From NCBI GenBank assembly GCA_051362555.1, contig CM120642.1, forward strand, positions 20,894,001-20,958,000: a stretch of 64,000 bases of DNA, in the 5' to 3' direction. The position numbers and the translations under genes were made by a program. The notes under the pieces were generated by a model. The model was not told the origin of the DNA. It worked only from the letters and a program-made list of their open reading frames with translations, and ran no database searches. This document shows positions 1 through 14,221 of this stretch, piece after piece. Positions within the stretch are counted from its first letter, which is position 1; every line of letters starts with the position of its first letter. This stretch comes from Lingula anatina. Its lineage: Eukaryota; Animalia; Brachiopoda.

Positions 1-1100
1 CTTTACACTGGACAGCGTCCTTTCTGCATCCTTCAGCAAAATGTGATCAGTACGCTCAACGGTCGCCAAAGCAATTAAATCGTGTCTCAGTGTAAAGGCA
101 TCTGCGTTCCTTGTGCGTCCTTTGCACGACCGAATCTTAATTTTACCTGTAAAACTGCGAGCGACCTGTGCGTCCTCTGAGCCACCTGTGCGTCCGCTGA
201 TCATGAGCGACCGGTCTGCTTCCCCTGTGCGTCCCCTGTGCAACCCGCGGCGTCCATTGCGATGTTTTCAAGAGCGACCATTGAGCATCCTCGTTGCGTT
301 CTCTGTACCTTTATCGGCAATCAATGGCGACCACTCTACGATCTTTCTGCCTCCTGCTAGACCGATGAGCGTTGTTTGGGCGTCCTTCTCTATATTCTAA
401 CTCATATTTTTTCATCGGTTCTAACCAGGTCATCCAATTAAGAATATTTCCAGCAAACAAAACAAATAAATAGGAATAAACGCTTTAAACTAAAGTAATG
501 CAAGGTTTGCATGGACGGACTGATAATCAGCCAGATTCTCATTGTTATCCTTATAAGAAGGATGGACCGGCGCCGAAAACGAGAAAGTATGACTGACACA
601 ACATAGAATGTTTGAATCCGTTTTCAGATGACCCATTCTGCAAAAAGTTCTGACAAGTACTGCATCTTGTAAAAAAGGCAAAACATTCGTTTTATAATAA
701 CCTCCTAAAAATAGATCGGTTCATGAATTTTAGGGGAAAAACAATCGGAGGCTGATATGAGACCACTGTTGCCCTTAGAATTCCTGTCTGGTAAAAATAC
801 TTCAGCACGGCCCCGTTTGAGAGTGAAAAAAAAAAATGTTCTACGTGCCGAACACTGGACGATCTTTGAGTTTTCGTTCTGCTCCAAAGAGCTGCTTGTG
901 CCTTCTTTCTACGACCGCGGCGATGCTTGTGCGTCCTCTCTGCGACCACGGCGATGCTTGTGCGTCCTTTCTGCGTCCATTGAGCGACCTTGCAGCGTCC
1001 ATCCTCCATCGCGTTCTCTCTGCGATTATTTTGAACATGCTCAAAACTTTGCGGCGTCCATGGCGTCGAAAAACAAACAGTATATCACGTTTGGACACGA
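1..1100. mobile_element. Non-autonomous DNA-transposon-like repeat with strand-biased TGTGCGTCC/GCGACC motifs (PIF/Harbinger-like, tentative), in an intron of paralog A
   Basis: Many same-strand TGCGTCC motifs at 100-390 and 890-1070. Inverted CTTTACACTG (1-10) / CAGTGTAAAG (88-97). Palindrome-like TTTTGAACATGCTCAAAA at about 1028-1045. Confidence 0.5.
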
Positions 1101-1297
1101 CGCCCCCCCCCCCCCCCTTCCCCCGTTCCTGAATGAGAATCCATTGAAATGTAGTGAGATATTATGTTAGCTCTTATTGTAGATTAAATATGTGGCAGCT
1201 GACAGTGAGTCTCATCTACAGAGCCCAATACTTAAATACTTTAATACTTTATGTTACAAATCACCAAAGGTCATCTTCATTCATAATCAATTTACAG

Positions 1298-1871
1298 AGC
1301 TTCTACAGCGACCAGCAGTTTATAGTGACCGAGTGGCCCATGCAGAATACTATTGTGGATCTGTGGCGACTTCTGTACGACTCTCAAATTCCAACGCTTG
1401 TGATATTGGACCACATGGACTCCAGGTTTGACCGTTGGGTAAGTCCGGTATGAAACAGGGTTTCCATAGTAACTGCAAATAAAACCATCGGTTGAGGTAT
1501 ATGATATTGATAAATGACTGCCTACTCAGTTTCGTGGCCATCTAGAAAAGGGCATGGTTGAAAGAAGCACCTCACCCACACCACACATATTTCAAAGTAT
1601 GACAATGGCTTAAAACTGAGTATCATCATCATGCTTGAAGACGGTGAAAGACCATGAAAGAATGCCACTGATTCTTATTGTAGAGATACCCACATTTCTG
1701 GCCTGGTTTCCCGGAAACTGAAGTACACGATGGACTCCAAGTGACGCTAACTGAGACCAGGCGGTACCCAAACATCACGACGAAAACATTCAATATAAGA
1801 AAGGTACACATATAACGACATTTTGTTTTTCTTCTTCTTCTTTCACTCTCTCTCTCTCTCTCTCTCCCTCT

Positions 1872-1910
<39 letters not shown>

Positions 1911-3785
1911 TTGTTATTTTGTTCTTTAATAAAAAATAATGTGAGAAACATAGCAGAAGGAAATAAAGAAAATTGCTGTGATAAGTCAGTTTATTTTCTT
2001 AAGTAATGTTCCTATATCACTAAGAGGTTCGATTTATCACAATTAGCCTATAATTCCCTTTCAGAACGTGATCCGCAGCTCACACAAATGGGCACAATCG
2101 GGAAAGGTGAGATGTCATTCAAATGATGTGCTAAGTTTATACATTTTTCGAAAAATTTCGATAATAGTGACCGTGTGCTATCTGAGCCGGTTTGTCAGAG
2201 TGCCGCTACCCAGCACACCATGTGACGTGCCAGTATAACTGTATGTACTCTTACCTACAATACTAGGCATGCTGACAAAAGCATTTTCAAATGTTAGTGA
2301 GTATTTTTTCCCACAATCTGTCATGTTTGATGCGCTTTATTTATCCAAACAATTGCTATATTTCCAGTATGATATGCAAGCAACTAGAGCACTTTTGAAA
2401 AAAATATTTGCAGTCGAGTCCGCCACTCGACACGCACATAAAGTGCGCATGTTCCAGCTGAACTATTGGCCGCGTAAGGCAGAGGAAGAGATGGGATCGA
2501 TTTTGATGCTAAATAATCTCGTAGAGGAATGGCTGCACAAGCTAGAGATTGATCAAGGTTTCACTCATGCACCTGTTTGTATTATGTCTAAGTAAGTATA
2601 TACTCTCAACTCAGCTCTGTAAATGTATAGTAATGCTAATCCCATGAAGTGTAAATATAATATGAAGTATCTTAACACATGTTTATGGTAACTCATAGTT
2701 CATTATAATAAATGAAGGAGTCAATTAAAAGATAGCATACATCAACCTGAGAACTTTTGCTGCAGGAATCTGATCCCTTATTGTTTGTTTAAAAAGAGAT
2801 GAAAAAAGAAAACTGAATAAATCCCATCGTGCCCAGTAATCTTAATTATCATATATCTTTCAGAGACGGTGTGGAGCGCTGTGGTGTCTTCTGCACTGTC
2901 AACATTGCACTGAATCAGTTGGCGGAGGAAGACAAAGTGGACATTTTCTCTACGGTCAAATTGGTAAAAGCAAACCGTCCAGAGCTAGTGAAAGATGAAG
3001 TAGGGCTTGTTTTTTTTTATTATTTAATTCAAGCATACAGTTAGAGACAGTTGTTATACAAACGTACACTGTACGTACCTAAACAAACACACACACACAC
3101 ACCAGCACATATATATTTCATCGGCAGAAAGGTTTAGCAATTATTTTCACCTTCTTCACTCTTCCCCTCTTCCCTTACCCTTGTTCTTCAATTTGGAGGA
3201 GGGGGGAGATTGCAGAACTGAGCACATTAATGTACATTTTAATTCGCAAAATGGATGTCGGACCTTCGGCCCCACCACCATGCCCCCTATAGTACAATAC
3301 TTGGCGGAATGACAAAAATGTTCTCAAATGACCCAGTAAATATATATATTTGATAAATATATAAAATATATGCTTGATAAATATATATTAGATAAAATAG
3401 ACACAACAAAAATACAGGCTTCAGTCAATGCATGCGGAGATTTGCTCTTATTTAGCATTTTAATGTTGTCTACATATGACATAAAGAGAGTTACGCAAGT
3501 TGAAACTGATTTGCCCTACAATAAAATAAATCTGTTTTATTTTTCCAGAAAGAATATCTTCTATGTTACGAATTAATCAAGTTGGCCGAGCAGCAGAGAT
3601 GGGGTGCCAGAGATACGGCCACGGTGCCTGCTATGAACGCTCTAGCAGGAACACCTAGCACGCTACCCCTATCAGGTACACCTAGCACGTTGCCCCTATC
3701 AAACGGCATTGGTGTCGGTCATAGAACAGGTGGAATTACAACAAGCCATGGTTTACAGCATGAAACGTCAGAATCAGTAATATGA
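1298..3785 (+). CDS. Receptor-type PTP-like pseudophosphatase, paralog A (3' part: most of the D2 domain plus tail; 5' end outside the window)
   Basis: Six phase-compatible GT-AG exons: 1298-1438 (SFYSDQQFIVTEWPMQNTIVDLWRLLYD...), 1684-1803 (RYPHFWP...), 2065-2106, 2368-2591 (...VRMFQLNYWPRK...PVCIMSK), 2864-2999 (DGVERCGVFC...RPELVKDE), 3549-3785 (KEYLLCYELI...SESVI*). PTP-fold motifs are recognisable. The signature reads IMSKDGVERCG instead of VHCSAGxGRxG. AATAAA at about 4226. Confidence 0.9.
1845..1906. repeat. (TC)n(TG)n compound microsatellite
   Basis: Read directly. Confidence 0.9.
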
Positions 3786-4429
3786 CTATAAGTTTTATAC
3801 ATGTACATTTTTAATTAAAATTATGTGTCTTCATACCATTCATGTTATCAGAAGCTCAAAAGAATTGCCTTCATCTTAACAATTGTGTAGAATGAACATT
3901 AAATACCGCAGGATGTAGCAGTGTAGAAGACCCTATACATCTGTGGATATATCATGCAGCGTTTTTATTCATTGAACTTAATGTACATTGATCATTTTAC
4001 ATCATTCTTTCACAGTGTACAGTTACCAGTACTTATATAAATATAATTTGCAATATACATGTACATGTTCTTTACAAAAACAACAATATATATTCTCCTA
4101 GCAAAAAAGAAAAATGTCACACTGTACGCCAGGCGTTAAGTGATGCAGAAAATCATCATGTACCAATGTTCTTTATTCAACTTCTAAATGGATTTTTTTC
4201 ACAAAAAATTACTGATTGTACAAGCAATAAATAAACTCATCATAGTAAAAAAATCAAAGCCACTTTTCAGTATTTTGTACAGTATTTTCTGGATTGAGGA
4301 CGCGTCTGGGCGTGGAGTCAAATAGTTCTGTAACGTTTGCGCAGTAATGGCGGTCCACACACGGTGCAAAGATAGCATGAGGTAATTTTTGTTTGCAGTG
4401 CTGTCCCTCTGTTGCTACAATTTATGTGG

Positions 4430-4680
4430 GGTGCGTTCTGTCGACCAGAGGCAGAAAATTGGGGATATACTTCTTACCAGCTGTTTTCCAAACCCTTGCA
4501 CGTCCATAAAATCTGGCAACGTTTCAGATGCTTTCATCTGAGAACAGTGTCAATGCCCAGTATTGGCTGGTGACCATTCCAGAATTCCAGTATACCGTCT
4601 GACTTGACGTGGACGGTTTTTGGCAGTGATCACTGGTCTCCTAACAGAAACTCGGGTGCATGGGAGTTTTGCCATAATTG
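4430..4680 (-). pseudogene. Tc1-family transposase remnant
   Basis: Minus strand reads RRPVITAKNR...W, then after a frameshift WALTLFSDESI*NVARFYGRARVWKTAGKKY, matching the Tc1 FSDES..GR.RVWR motif with stops. Confidence 0.8.
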
Positions 4681-6695
4681 TCATAAATGCGGGCAGCTTG
4701 ATTGACAGTTTATATAAACAAACGTCAATCATAACATTGATAGTGTAGGGCGTAGGGAGAGGTGTAGGACAGTGACTACGTCGAAAGATGTGTGATCCCC
4801 AGAAGTATTGATATGAATGGAAAAAGGATAAATCTTTTTTCTTTTTTAGAAATTAAACATGTCCATTCGCCTTAGGTTTGAAACTCAGCTGCTGGGATTA
4901 TGTGATGGGAGGGTGTTCTTGTCAGTAGGCCCACTTCCATGTACTGTTGTACCATTTAATAGCCAGTTATCATAAAGCCCCTCAGTACTGCCATGGAGTT
5001 ATAAGAACACCAGTTATTTCAAGCGGTCAATATTTTTAGGGGCCGTAGCGATAGTCCGAAGGTTCAATAGTCCGTAGGTTCATTTGGTCCGAAGGTTCAA
5101 TGGTCCGAATGTGCATTGAAGGTTCATTGGTCCGAAGGTTCGATAGTCCGAAGGTGCATTGGTCCGAAGGTTCATTAGTCCGAAGGTTCGATAGTCCGAA
5201 GGTTCGATAGTCCGAATGTAAGCCCGCTGTATAAGTGTATAGTGAATTACATGTACAGGGGCGGATCCAAGATTATTTGAAGGGGAGTCCGCGGATGCAA
5301 AGCCCCCATCCCCCTTGGCGTAGGATCTGGGGCCCGCTAAAAGGCCCCGAAAATTGTTGGTGTCTCAAAATGACCACCTATTTATCTAGAGACACATCTG
5401 TGAATATCTGTAAAAAATCTATCAGTCGCCCTGGTAGAGGGTTTAAAAGTTAGGTCTGCACGGGCAAAAATAACGTCAATACTAGCATATTACATTAGTT
5501 ACAAAAAAAAAAAAAAGATCTTGATGTTTTTCATGGGATTGGAAGTTGACTGCAAAGGTTTATTTTGTAAAATCAAATGGAAATTTTCTCACGAGTCACG
5601 AGTGTATCTACTTTGTGCATAGTACGTTTTTCTTCGCTTAAATGAATTTGTTACAAAGACAGCATTTTTGATGTTGTTCATCAGATTAGAAGTTTAACTG
5701 TTTAAGAATATTTCAACATGTTCAAACTGCCTTCGTACTTGTATTTTACGTTTAATAAATAAATAGATAAATAAATAAATAGATAAATAAATAAATAGGC
5801 CCACCGGGTTGATATGGCGTTGCCACATTTCTATTTCAGATTACAATACTGCTGGCGGAACGGCTTTTTTTTTTTTGGGGGGGGGGGGGGGTGGGAGGGG
5901 AGGGGAGGGGAGTGGGCTGTGCGAACAACAACATAGTTTGTTTGGAAATGCAATTATTCTATAACTTTTACATAATTTAAGTAATGTGTAGGTTAGAAGA
6001 ATTTGAATTCTAATCATAGTATCTTAAGACATCGTAAGAAACTCAAACTAATTGTAAAAGTGCTCTTGGATTGTTTGGATTGATGGACTGGTAAAGTCAG
6101 TCCAGGAAAAATGCCGTTTACCCGTGTGAAATTTGTTTTCTAAGGGAGTTTGCGCCTTTTCAGAGCTTACCATACCTATACGGTAATAAATATCAGGTTG
6201 TAATTAAATCATTAATTAAGTGGGTCAGTACTAGCAGTCAGACTATTACTCGAAAGCCCCATACCTGTACCTCGAGTTGATATCGGCATTTTAGCCAGGC
6301 CCATTTCGATGTCAGATATATGGATCTAGCGGTACCTGGTTCTAAAGATCTAAAGGTTTATAGGAATCTGTTGGTGGATCTGTCGGCACGTAAATTTAAC
6401 GAGACGTAAATCTATTGAGACGTGTATGTATAGAGACGTATGTTAAGATACTTCATGGTATATTACCACTTCATAGGATAAGAATTACTACTTCATGATA
6501 GAAGGCGACTTCATTGGTTAAAAAATAAGGACCCTTAGGAGACTTCGTAGTATATTACCACTTCATGGTACTTTGTATCCAAACATGTTTCAGTTCTGGT
6601 TGGATGTGGAAATTAGGCGTAAAGGTCGATATGATGTTTCATTATAGACCTTGATTTCCAGAGTGACGCGTGTATTCGAAATGGGGCGTGTGTGT

Positions 6696-6726
<31 letters not shown>

Positions 6727-7734
6727 GGGGGAGTAACATTACTCACTCACATGATAGTGCGTATGTTATCTCGTTGGAGTTTAATGAAGCTGTTATTTTC
6801 ATATGTTCTCGTAGATACCCGTGAGATTAACTTCTATAAATAATGTACTTTATTTCAAGAGCTCCGGTCCAATGGCGGAAAGCATAAAGCTAGTTTTTTG
6901 TTTTACCCTTTTAGTTTTGAAATTTTTCAGATTTCAGGACGTTTAAAAACAGACAATATTTGGACGTTGAATCATGGCGGGTCTAAGGCACTAGATATAT
7001 AAGACAAACGAAGTGTATAAATAAACACATTGCCTGCCTTTAAACTAGGGCATAAAACTGACCATGTGTGGTTTGATTGACGGCACAGGTTTATAGATGT
7101 GGCTAGTACACAGTAGCAAGAATGTATGTCTTTCCACTGTAGATAGAGAACTCTACTAGGCAGAGAGGTTTTAATTTTGCTCTACACTAGGTGTACATTA
7201 ATATCTTTAACAAACCGTCTATTCCATTATTCGTGTTATAGAAGTATCTCTTTTGTAACTATGACATAAATGTTATGACTTGCAATAACAAGCTGTCAAA
7301 AAAGGGTTTTCTATATTGATATGCAACAAATATGTTTCGAAAATATCTCGGTCGTTTAAAAAGTTTGACCTCTTGGCCTATATAATTAATGAAAACGCTT
7401 AGGTCGGAAAGTCCGAAATCTGAATGATTTGAAACGGTCAACTGTGCAGATAGATGTTGGGGAGAATGAAATGCTGGGGATTCATAAAACTGGTGTAGAG
7501 CCGCATTTTGCAACTGCAACGCATTTTGCAAGCAAAGAAAATCGTGAAAATGAATTTTTCAACCGGAACGCATTTTGCAACCAGAATTTTTTCTTAGTCA
7601 ATAAATAGCTAGTGAGAAGTTCTATAGAGGTAGAATTGGAATGGGGACGGGGTTGTCTCGGCTAGGTACGCTTACATTGGTCAAGGTTTCCCTGTGGTGG
7701 ACAATTTATTATATACATGCATAATCTATTTCAC

Positions 7735-9400
7735 ATTGTTACTTCCTAAACCATTATAGTTAGGAACTTGATACGTCGGGGATTAATAAACCTATCATTA
7801 TAGGGATTTGCAAAGGCTCTTCGGAATTCAATTGTGACTTGGGGTGTGGTTGACCCTGGGGGTGGTCTATTCTAATTTTTACATCGTATTTTATGCTAGG
7901 AGCATGAAACGTGGCTACATACTATTTTGAATGTGGAAGGGCACTTCGGATTTTTTTTTTTTTTTTTTTTTTTGGGGGGGGGGTCCTGGGGGCGGTTGAG
8001 TCTAATTGACATTGTTATTCCTGCTATATCTATCCTGAGACCAATAAAGCTGGGAACGTAAGGCTATGGGGATTGAAAAATCTGTCTTTGGGGATGTGTA
8101 TGGGTCCTTCTGCGTTTTTGTGACATTGGGTGTGGCCGTCCCTGGGGAGGTTGATTATAAATTTTACATCGTTATTCGTGCTTCTACCCTAACGCCATTA
8201 CAGTTGGGAACATGAAACCTTCCGGGCTGATAAGTATGATATTTCATGTTAGTATGATATTTCAGGTGTGGCTATCCCGGGGGGTGGTTGATTCTATTTT
8301 TCACAACTTTATTTCTGCCATCTATACCCTTAAATTTTAAGAAACATGGAACAGAGATTGATGAACCTGTCATTTTAATGAATGTGCATGGGTCCTTGAG
8401 AAATGTAGAGAACATCAGAAGCACATACAGAACTAAATGGACTTCCAGCCATATGCATAAATATAGGTCAGGGAATCCAATTAAAAACTAATTCAAGGCC
8501 CCACACACTCGATCAGGAATCCTAGCGTTTAACTGCTGTTGTGTCTTAACACAAAACAAAAATGTTTATTTCCCAAGAGCAGTAATTAACATGTGTGTTT
8601 TATGTTAAAGAACAATGGGACTTGGACCCTAGGATTCCTGAGAGTATGGTGTCTTGAATGGGTTTTAATTAACTTGTCCTATATTCAAGAATACGACTGA
8701 AGGTCTGTTAGTTAGTACTGTCTGCTGCTTTCTGTACATTTCCCCTTCCTTCCTAACTCGAAGACCGCCATCAGATTCACACATACAGGGTAGGATGTAG
8801 TACTAGCTGGGTCGGTCCAACTCTGCAAGGAATCTTAATTGCAATCTATGGAATCAGCTTCATTGCCTGGCAAACCACTAATCACTCCACCCTCTAGGGA
8901 CGGCCACACCCCAAGTCACACTAATGTAGCCCACCCATGCACCAAAGACTCATGTTCCTAATTCGAATGGTCTAGGGGGAGATGAAATAAATTACGGTAA
9001 TATATATATATGTGTACCATCCCCAGGGACAGCCACACCCCAGGTCACAAAAAAAAAACTGCCTGTGCATACCCCGACATTTTAGTTTCCTCAACCTAAA
9101 GACCTATGGGTATATAGCAGAAAATACAATTTAAAGATAATAATCAACCACCCCTAGGTCACCAAAGTCACCAAAAATCCGAAGGACATGTGCACATCCC
9201 TAATGGCAAGTTTAAATATCCCCAACGTCTCATGTTCCTCACTTTAATGGATAGAGGATACCAGTAACAACGATATAAAAAAATATATACCCCCCCCCCA
9301 AAGGACTGCAAATTCCCACTACTAAAGGTCTACGGGTAGATAGCAGAAATTACGATGTAAAAATTACAATCAACCACAATTACAATCAACCACAATTCTG
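7735..9400. repeat. Inverted arrays of ~140-bp tandem units flanking a ~340-bp hairpin (8400-8742)
   Basis: GTGACTTGGGGTGTGG..CCCTGGGGGTGG units at about 7834, 7975, 8120 and 8262; reverse-complement units at about 8887, 9018, 9148 and 9290. Central imperfect palindrome with a loop at about 8571-8583. Confidence 0.7.
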
Positions 9401-9481
9401 AATAAATATCAATCTACAAGCCTGTTGATCTTGCAGATCAACTACGTTAATTAGGCTGCTAAACAGCAAGTAAGCCTACCC

Positions 9482-9482
<1 letters not shown>

Positions 9483-9526
<44 letters not shown>
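9483..9526. repeat. Poly(C) tract
   Basis: About 43 C; other G/C runs at about 5876, 6710, 20803, 28759 and 31064. Confidence 0.9.
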
Positions 9527-9530
<4 letters not shown>

Positions 9531-12500
9531 AACGCCTTATTAACAGGTTTCCAAATGCAGACTGTGCCGCAGATAATACTTTCGGGTCAAATGAGAGCCA
9601 GCCAAGGGCACATTTCGGGGACACCATTGATCACACCATGATGGACATTCACAGGTGTAGGACCAGAACAGAGCATCTCGGAAACCAAGGGACAGACGTA
9701 AATCATTACACTTGCGCGTGTCTTTCCTCATGGAAAAATTAGTCTTTTCAGAGTGGGATGCGACTTGATCAAGATAATTGTAGAGCACAATTATATACAA
9801 GACCTTCTCTGCTTCTTTTTATTATCTATTTATTTATCTTTAATAATTGATTCCTATTTGTTTATTTATCCATCTTATAATCCAGTAACCTACGCGTAAA
9901 TTATATTTTCATAGCCTGGTTTACCTGATCCAGTAGTTTTATGTATCAAGCGGATCTGGGAGGGGAGGACCCAGGGGGTCTGGACCCCCCTAATTCTTCA
10001 ACGCTGATCATAATCTCCCATAATGTACTAATTTTTAGAAATACTGGATCCTCACCTACATACGCCTGTGTATTTTAAAATTACTCAAAACATGCATCCA
10101 ATACCACTAAAGAAACCCTATTCAGTCATACAAGTGAATTAAAACGTACAGTTTACCTATTTTGTATAATATTTACAGTACAAAAACATTATATTTCAAA
10201 AACGTTCTCTCTCATAACGTTGGACCAACAACAGGTACTTTTTCACCATTATCCCATGAAGTCGCAGGCAATATCTTATGTGGAGATGAAGTCGCAATTT
10301 ATCCTATGAAGTCGATTTGACAGTAAAATCAGAGCATTTATCCCATGAAGTGGTAATATACCATGAAGTATCTTAACAGACGTATCTATCGGGACGAATA
10401 TTTTATTAGGACGTTTATCTATATGGCGGACCCCAAAATCGCACGTCTCACTTGCGAGATCTACGAGATGCCAGTATGAAATGCCACGTACGGCCTAGAC
10501 ACTTAAGATTTTAGATATTTTTCAAAAGCTTAGACAAAATCATGGAGGATACAGAGGATGTAAATCCTCCCATTTTTGCATGATATTGCACAGCCATTGC
10601 CTTCCTCTGCAAGGAATTTTCCTAAAAAGGGATATACGCGTAGTACATGGGCACGTTCAGGCTTTGCAAGGAGAAGGGGGTTTAGAGCATTCTCCCCTGA
10701 AACTCATCTGGCTTAGTCTAGGTGAAGAAACGGTAACGGTTAATTGTATCCCCCATGACGCGGAACTGGCGGAGGCCGTACGAGATGGGTCGGGATTAAG
10801 CCCATGTATACCGCCACGCTCACGCTGGTGGTACGGTTATTGGTCGCTGGAGGGTGGAGTTGTCTGTTAACTGCCTTTCTTGAACCGACCTATTCATCCA
10901 GTCTTGAAAAGTCGATTATCACTGATTTTTTACGAAACTGTTGACTTGATATTCATGAGTACAGGGTGGACGTGAACCGCAATCGGTCTCTAGAAAAACG
11001 AGACTCTCCCGCAATCCAAAAAATTTCGTAGGCCTAATTGAAACACCCGTTTTTTTCTTTTGAAAATAATCAGTGTGCGCTTAAAGGTAGCCTTGATGGA
11101 GCGTAAAACCACTTTTATCAGTTTCTTATACAATTCAAAAATAATAGCACAGGCCATTCGATTAAATGTCATTATAGGCGTCCTCTCATTTTATGCGTTC
11201 CAATCTTTATTCAATATTTCATGTGAAACATGTATGGTGTTCATGAGTTGGAAAGGGTAGCCATTGCATATCCCCAAACTTCCCCACATTGTAAAGAGTA
11301 GTTCACGGAAACAATACGACCTATATGGATAATTTTCACGTGCGTTTCGGTCGCACTCAAAACGAAATGATAAAGATTCTAGAAGCTGAGTTCACACGAA
11401 AGTTAATAACCCCCTAGCAGCTCCGGACTATCGAACAATCGGACTAATGAACCTTCGGACTATCGAACCTTCGGACTAATGAACCTTCGGACCAATGGAC
11501 CTTTAATTTTCGGACTAATGAACCTTCGGACCAATGAACCTTTTTGTTGAAAATCTGATGAAAAATTTACGAATTTTCGGACCAATGAACCTTCGGACCA
11601 ATGAACCTTCGGACTATCGAGACGCCCCCTATTTTTTCATATGCGTATAAAGTTTCAACATATATTATGCATCGCATGATTATTTCACATACAACATTGT
11701 TTTTAATCTTATAAAACGAATGAAATTTCATTTGTCATCTACTAGTAGTGATCACATTAAAATATTCTGTATACTGTAAACAACTTTTCGTACGCGATAA
11801 TAATCTGGCGCATGTCCCGTCTCAACATGATTGTGCTGTCTACCGCAGAATTAATGGAAATGTGCTAGGTGTGGCAAATAGCTTGCCAGGTACTAAAGGT
11901 TACAAACCACTATTAAAAATCCCATTCACTTCCATTGTAACGTTTAATTCTCTTAAAAATATTCCCCATGCATCAACAAACACAACACTTCAGGTTTAAA
12001 TACGTCTACTCAAGGCCTAAACAATATTAAAAAATCAGGGTACATTAATGGCATAGCTTGCCAGTGACATGAGATGACCCGTAAGGTGCTGCCGCCAGTC
12101 AGCCAAAATAAGCACTAAAATGCAGCAGAGGGGAGGGCATGTAAAACTGGCCCCAGGCAGTAAAATTTTACTCTGATATGAAAAATAACACATCAAATTA
12201 AAGGTAAATGAACAAATTTATTTCCAAAATTTATTTCAAAATTTTCAAATGATCCAAAATTGAAAAATAAACTCATTTTTCTCTTATATGCAAATCTTCT
12301 TGATTCAAACTTGCTAAACAAGGAAGGCCGGAAATGCCGTATAACCTAAATGGATTTTAGCCAAACATTTCATTTATTTCACTAAAGGATTTTGTTGAAG
12401 GGCATTTAATGCACGTCTCTTGGTAATTTTGTTCTCATTAGCTGATACGAATAGATAATTTTTCTATACAATTGTAGTATTAAGTTCACATATTATTATG

Positions 12501-14221
12501 ACCAAAAAAGTAGAGTTTTATGTCTGCGCACATCATAATGAAAAAAAATTGATACCGTTGCACTAGGGTTGAAATAATCATTATTGTAATGAATGCCATC
12601 ATTATTCTGATTCAAGAAAAAACAAACAAGGAAATATTATTTGTTGAGAATGTCCATATGAGGTCGTCATTGATCAAGGAATAGCACCCCCACCCCCCCA
12701 CCCCCCCCACCCCCCACTCCCCAACATACATACGTTTTTCTGAAATCAAAATAAGGATGACGTTCATAATTAAAACAATAATTATACACATATACTGAAA
12801 AGTCTTTAAGAGCAATGAACTTAATCTTTGACTCCCACCTTCCTTTTTATACCCGTTTGCGTAATGATACTTGACAGTAAAGTCCAGTCACAGTGCACGA
12901 TTCAATAAAGCAATTGTTGACATTTTTTTACTTTTATAGTAAACTTCCTTTTTTAATATGCTTTTTTTTTCTTTTCTATATATTCCCTAACTCCTTTTGA
13001 GTAGTATATATCTATGTAGTGACATTATATTGTTTAATTCTTTATGCATTTTGATATCGTTATCCCCCTGATCACATACTAGGTAGAGAAAATTAACTGG
13101 TTATAAAAGGTTAACAGAGATTTTCAAGAGTTCGGTTATGACGGTCTAAATCTGATATTTTAATTTAATCGTCTTCGTGCTAAGAACCGGGCTATACCCA
13201 TTGATTTGAATGAATGTTGATAAAAAGTATTGAGTTGAACTATTTCCAGAAATTAAGGTCATATTTAGGGACCGGTCATTATTTAAGGCGGAAGGGAGTG
13301 GATGGAGGAGAAAATGGGGGGCCCTGAAAATTTAAAGCAAAAATTAGGGGGGAGGGGCTTGAAATTAGAAAATAACGCGTAAGAGGGTCTTGAGGAAAGT
13401 TATATTTGCTATAGATATGAATTCAAGTTTTTTCATCTTTCAATGTCGTTTTCCTTACATTTCTATGAAAATTTGCCATAATAATAAAATGTTTTACACC
13501 TTCTCATCATGTGCAATATTAATATTAAAAAATGACAGAAGCCAGGATTTTCCCACCAAAACTCATGTTTAACAGATTTTCTGGGTGAACAGCTATTTTC
13601 CCCCATTTACCAACGTTTAATCTTCCTTTTCTGACACTCGCCCTAACTCCGTTACAATTTCTGGGAAAAAGCAAAAATCCACGCTTTTTCAAAACAGCTG
13701 GCTGCCAAGGTTGACTAGGGAACGGTGAATATGGTTACTTTTTGCGGTATTGATTAAGGCTATCTACCTGTCAATTTATGTTTTCAAACTTTAAAGTGTC
13801 TTCAGGTAAGGTAATTTCAACAAGATACTCTTAAACTGTTTTCAAAATCCTGGCTTATGTCCTTTTAGGCACCATGTGGTAAGTTTACCATTGCTTTGTT
13901 TCAATATATATATTTTTATTATTTACATACCATTGTTCAGAAAAAGTTTCGTAGCTCACTAAATATATATGTGTGTAAAATATCATCCAATCTTGCTCGA
14001 TTAAATTTCATTATATCTTTCGACTTTCTATTCATGCTTCTAGTTTTGTTAATAAGAATGAATGAAATAAAATCTGTAGTATTCATTATCTGCATTTAAA
14101 TCCTGTCTTATTACAGAGTGCCTACATTGAAGAGAAAAATCAACAATGTTTGCAAGCGAAAGTTTTTTGTAAAACCATTCAATTTGTACAGAATTTTTTT
14201 TCTTTTAAGTACGCCTACATA

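Larger units (their letters stand above)
6372..10434. mobile_element. Second foldback element nested inside 5039-11629
   Basis: Perfect 34-bp inverted match between 6441-6474 (TGTTAAGATACTTCATGGTATATTACCACTTCAT) and 10345-10378. ACTTCAT/ATGAAGT subrepeats in both arms. Outer ends are approximate. Confidence 0.7.
5039..11629. mobile_element. Foldback-type (Mutator-like, tentative) element with arms of 15-bp tandem subrepeats
   Basis: Left arm 5039-5218 of TAGTCCGAAGGTTCA units. Right arm 11424-11629 of the reverse complement. Termini GGGGCCGTAGCGATAGTCCG vs rc GGGGGCGTCTCGATAGTCCG. Flanks TATTTTTA / TATTTTTT are a 7/8 match, a possible TSD. Confidence 0.75.

Noticed and set aside
113-1170. 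Several overlapping ORFs of 60-137 aa
   Set aside because: They arise from GC-rich low-complexity repeat motifs. The faint Harbinger-like 'RTFCRM' in 490-681 is too weak to call.
10580-10870. 96-aa ORF inside the foldback element as a cargo gene
   Set aside because: No recognisable domain or splice context on either strand.
13263-13400. TTAGGGACCGGTCATTATTTA transposon-like end
   Set aside because: No partner end was seen in the window, so the element cannot be delimited.
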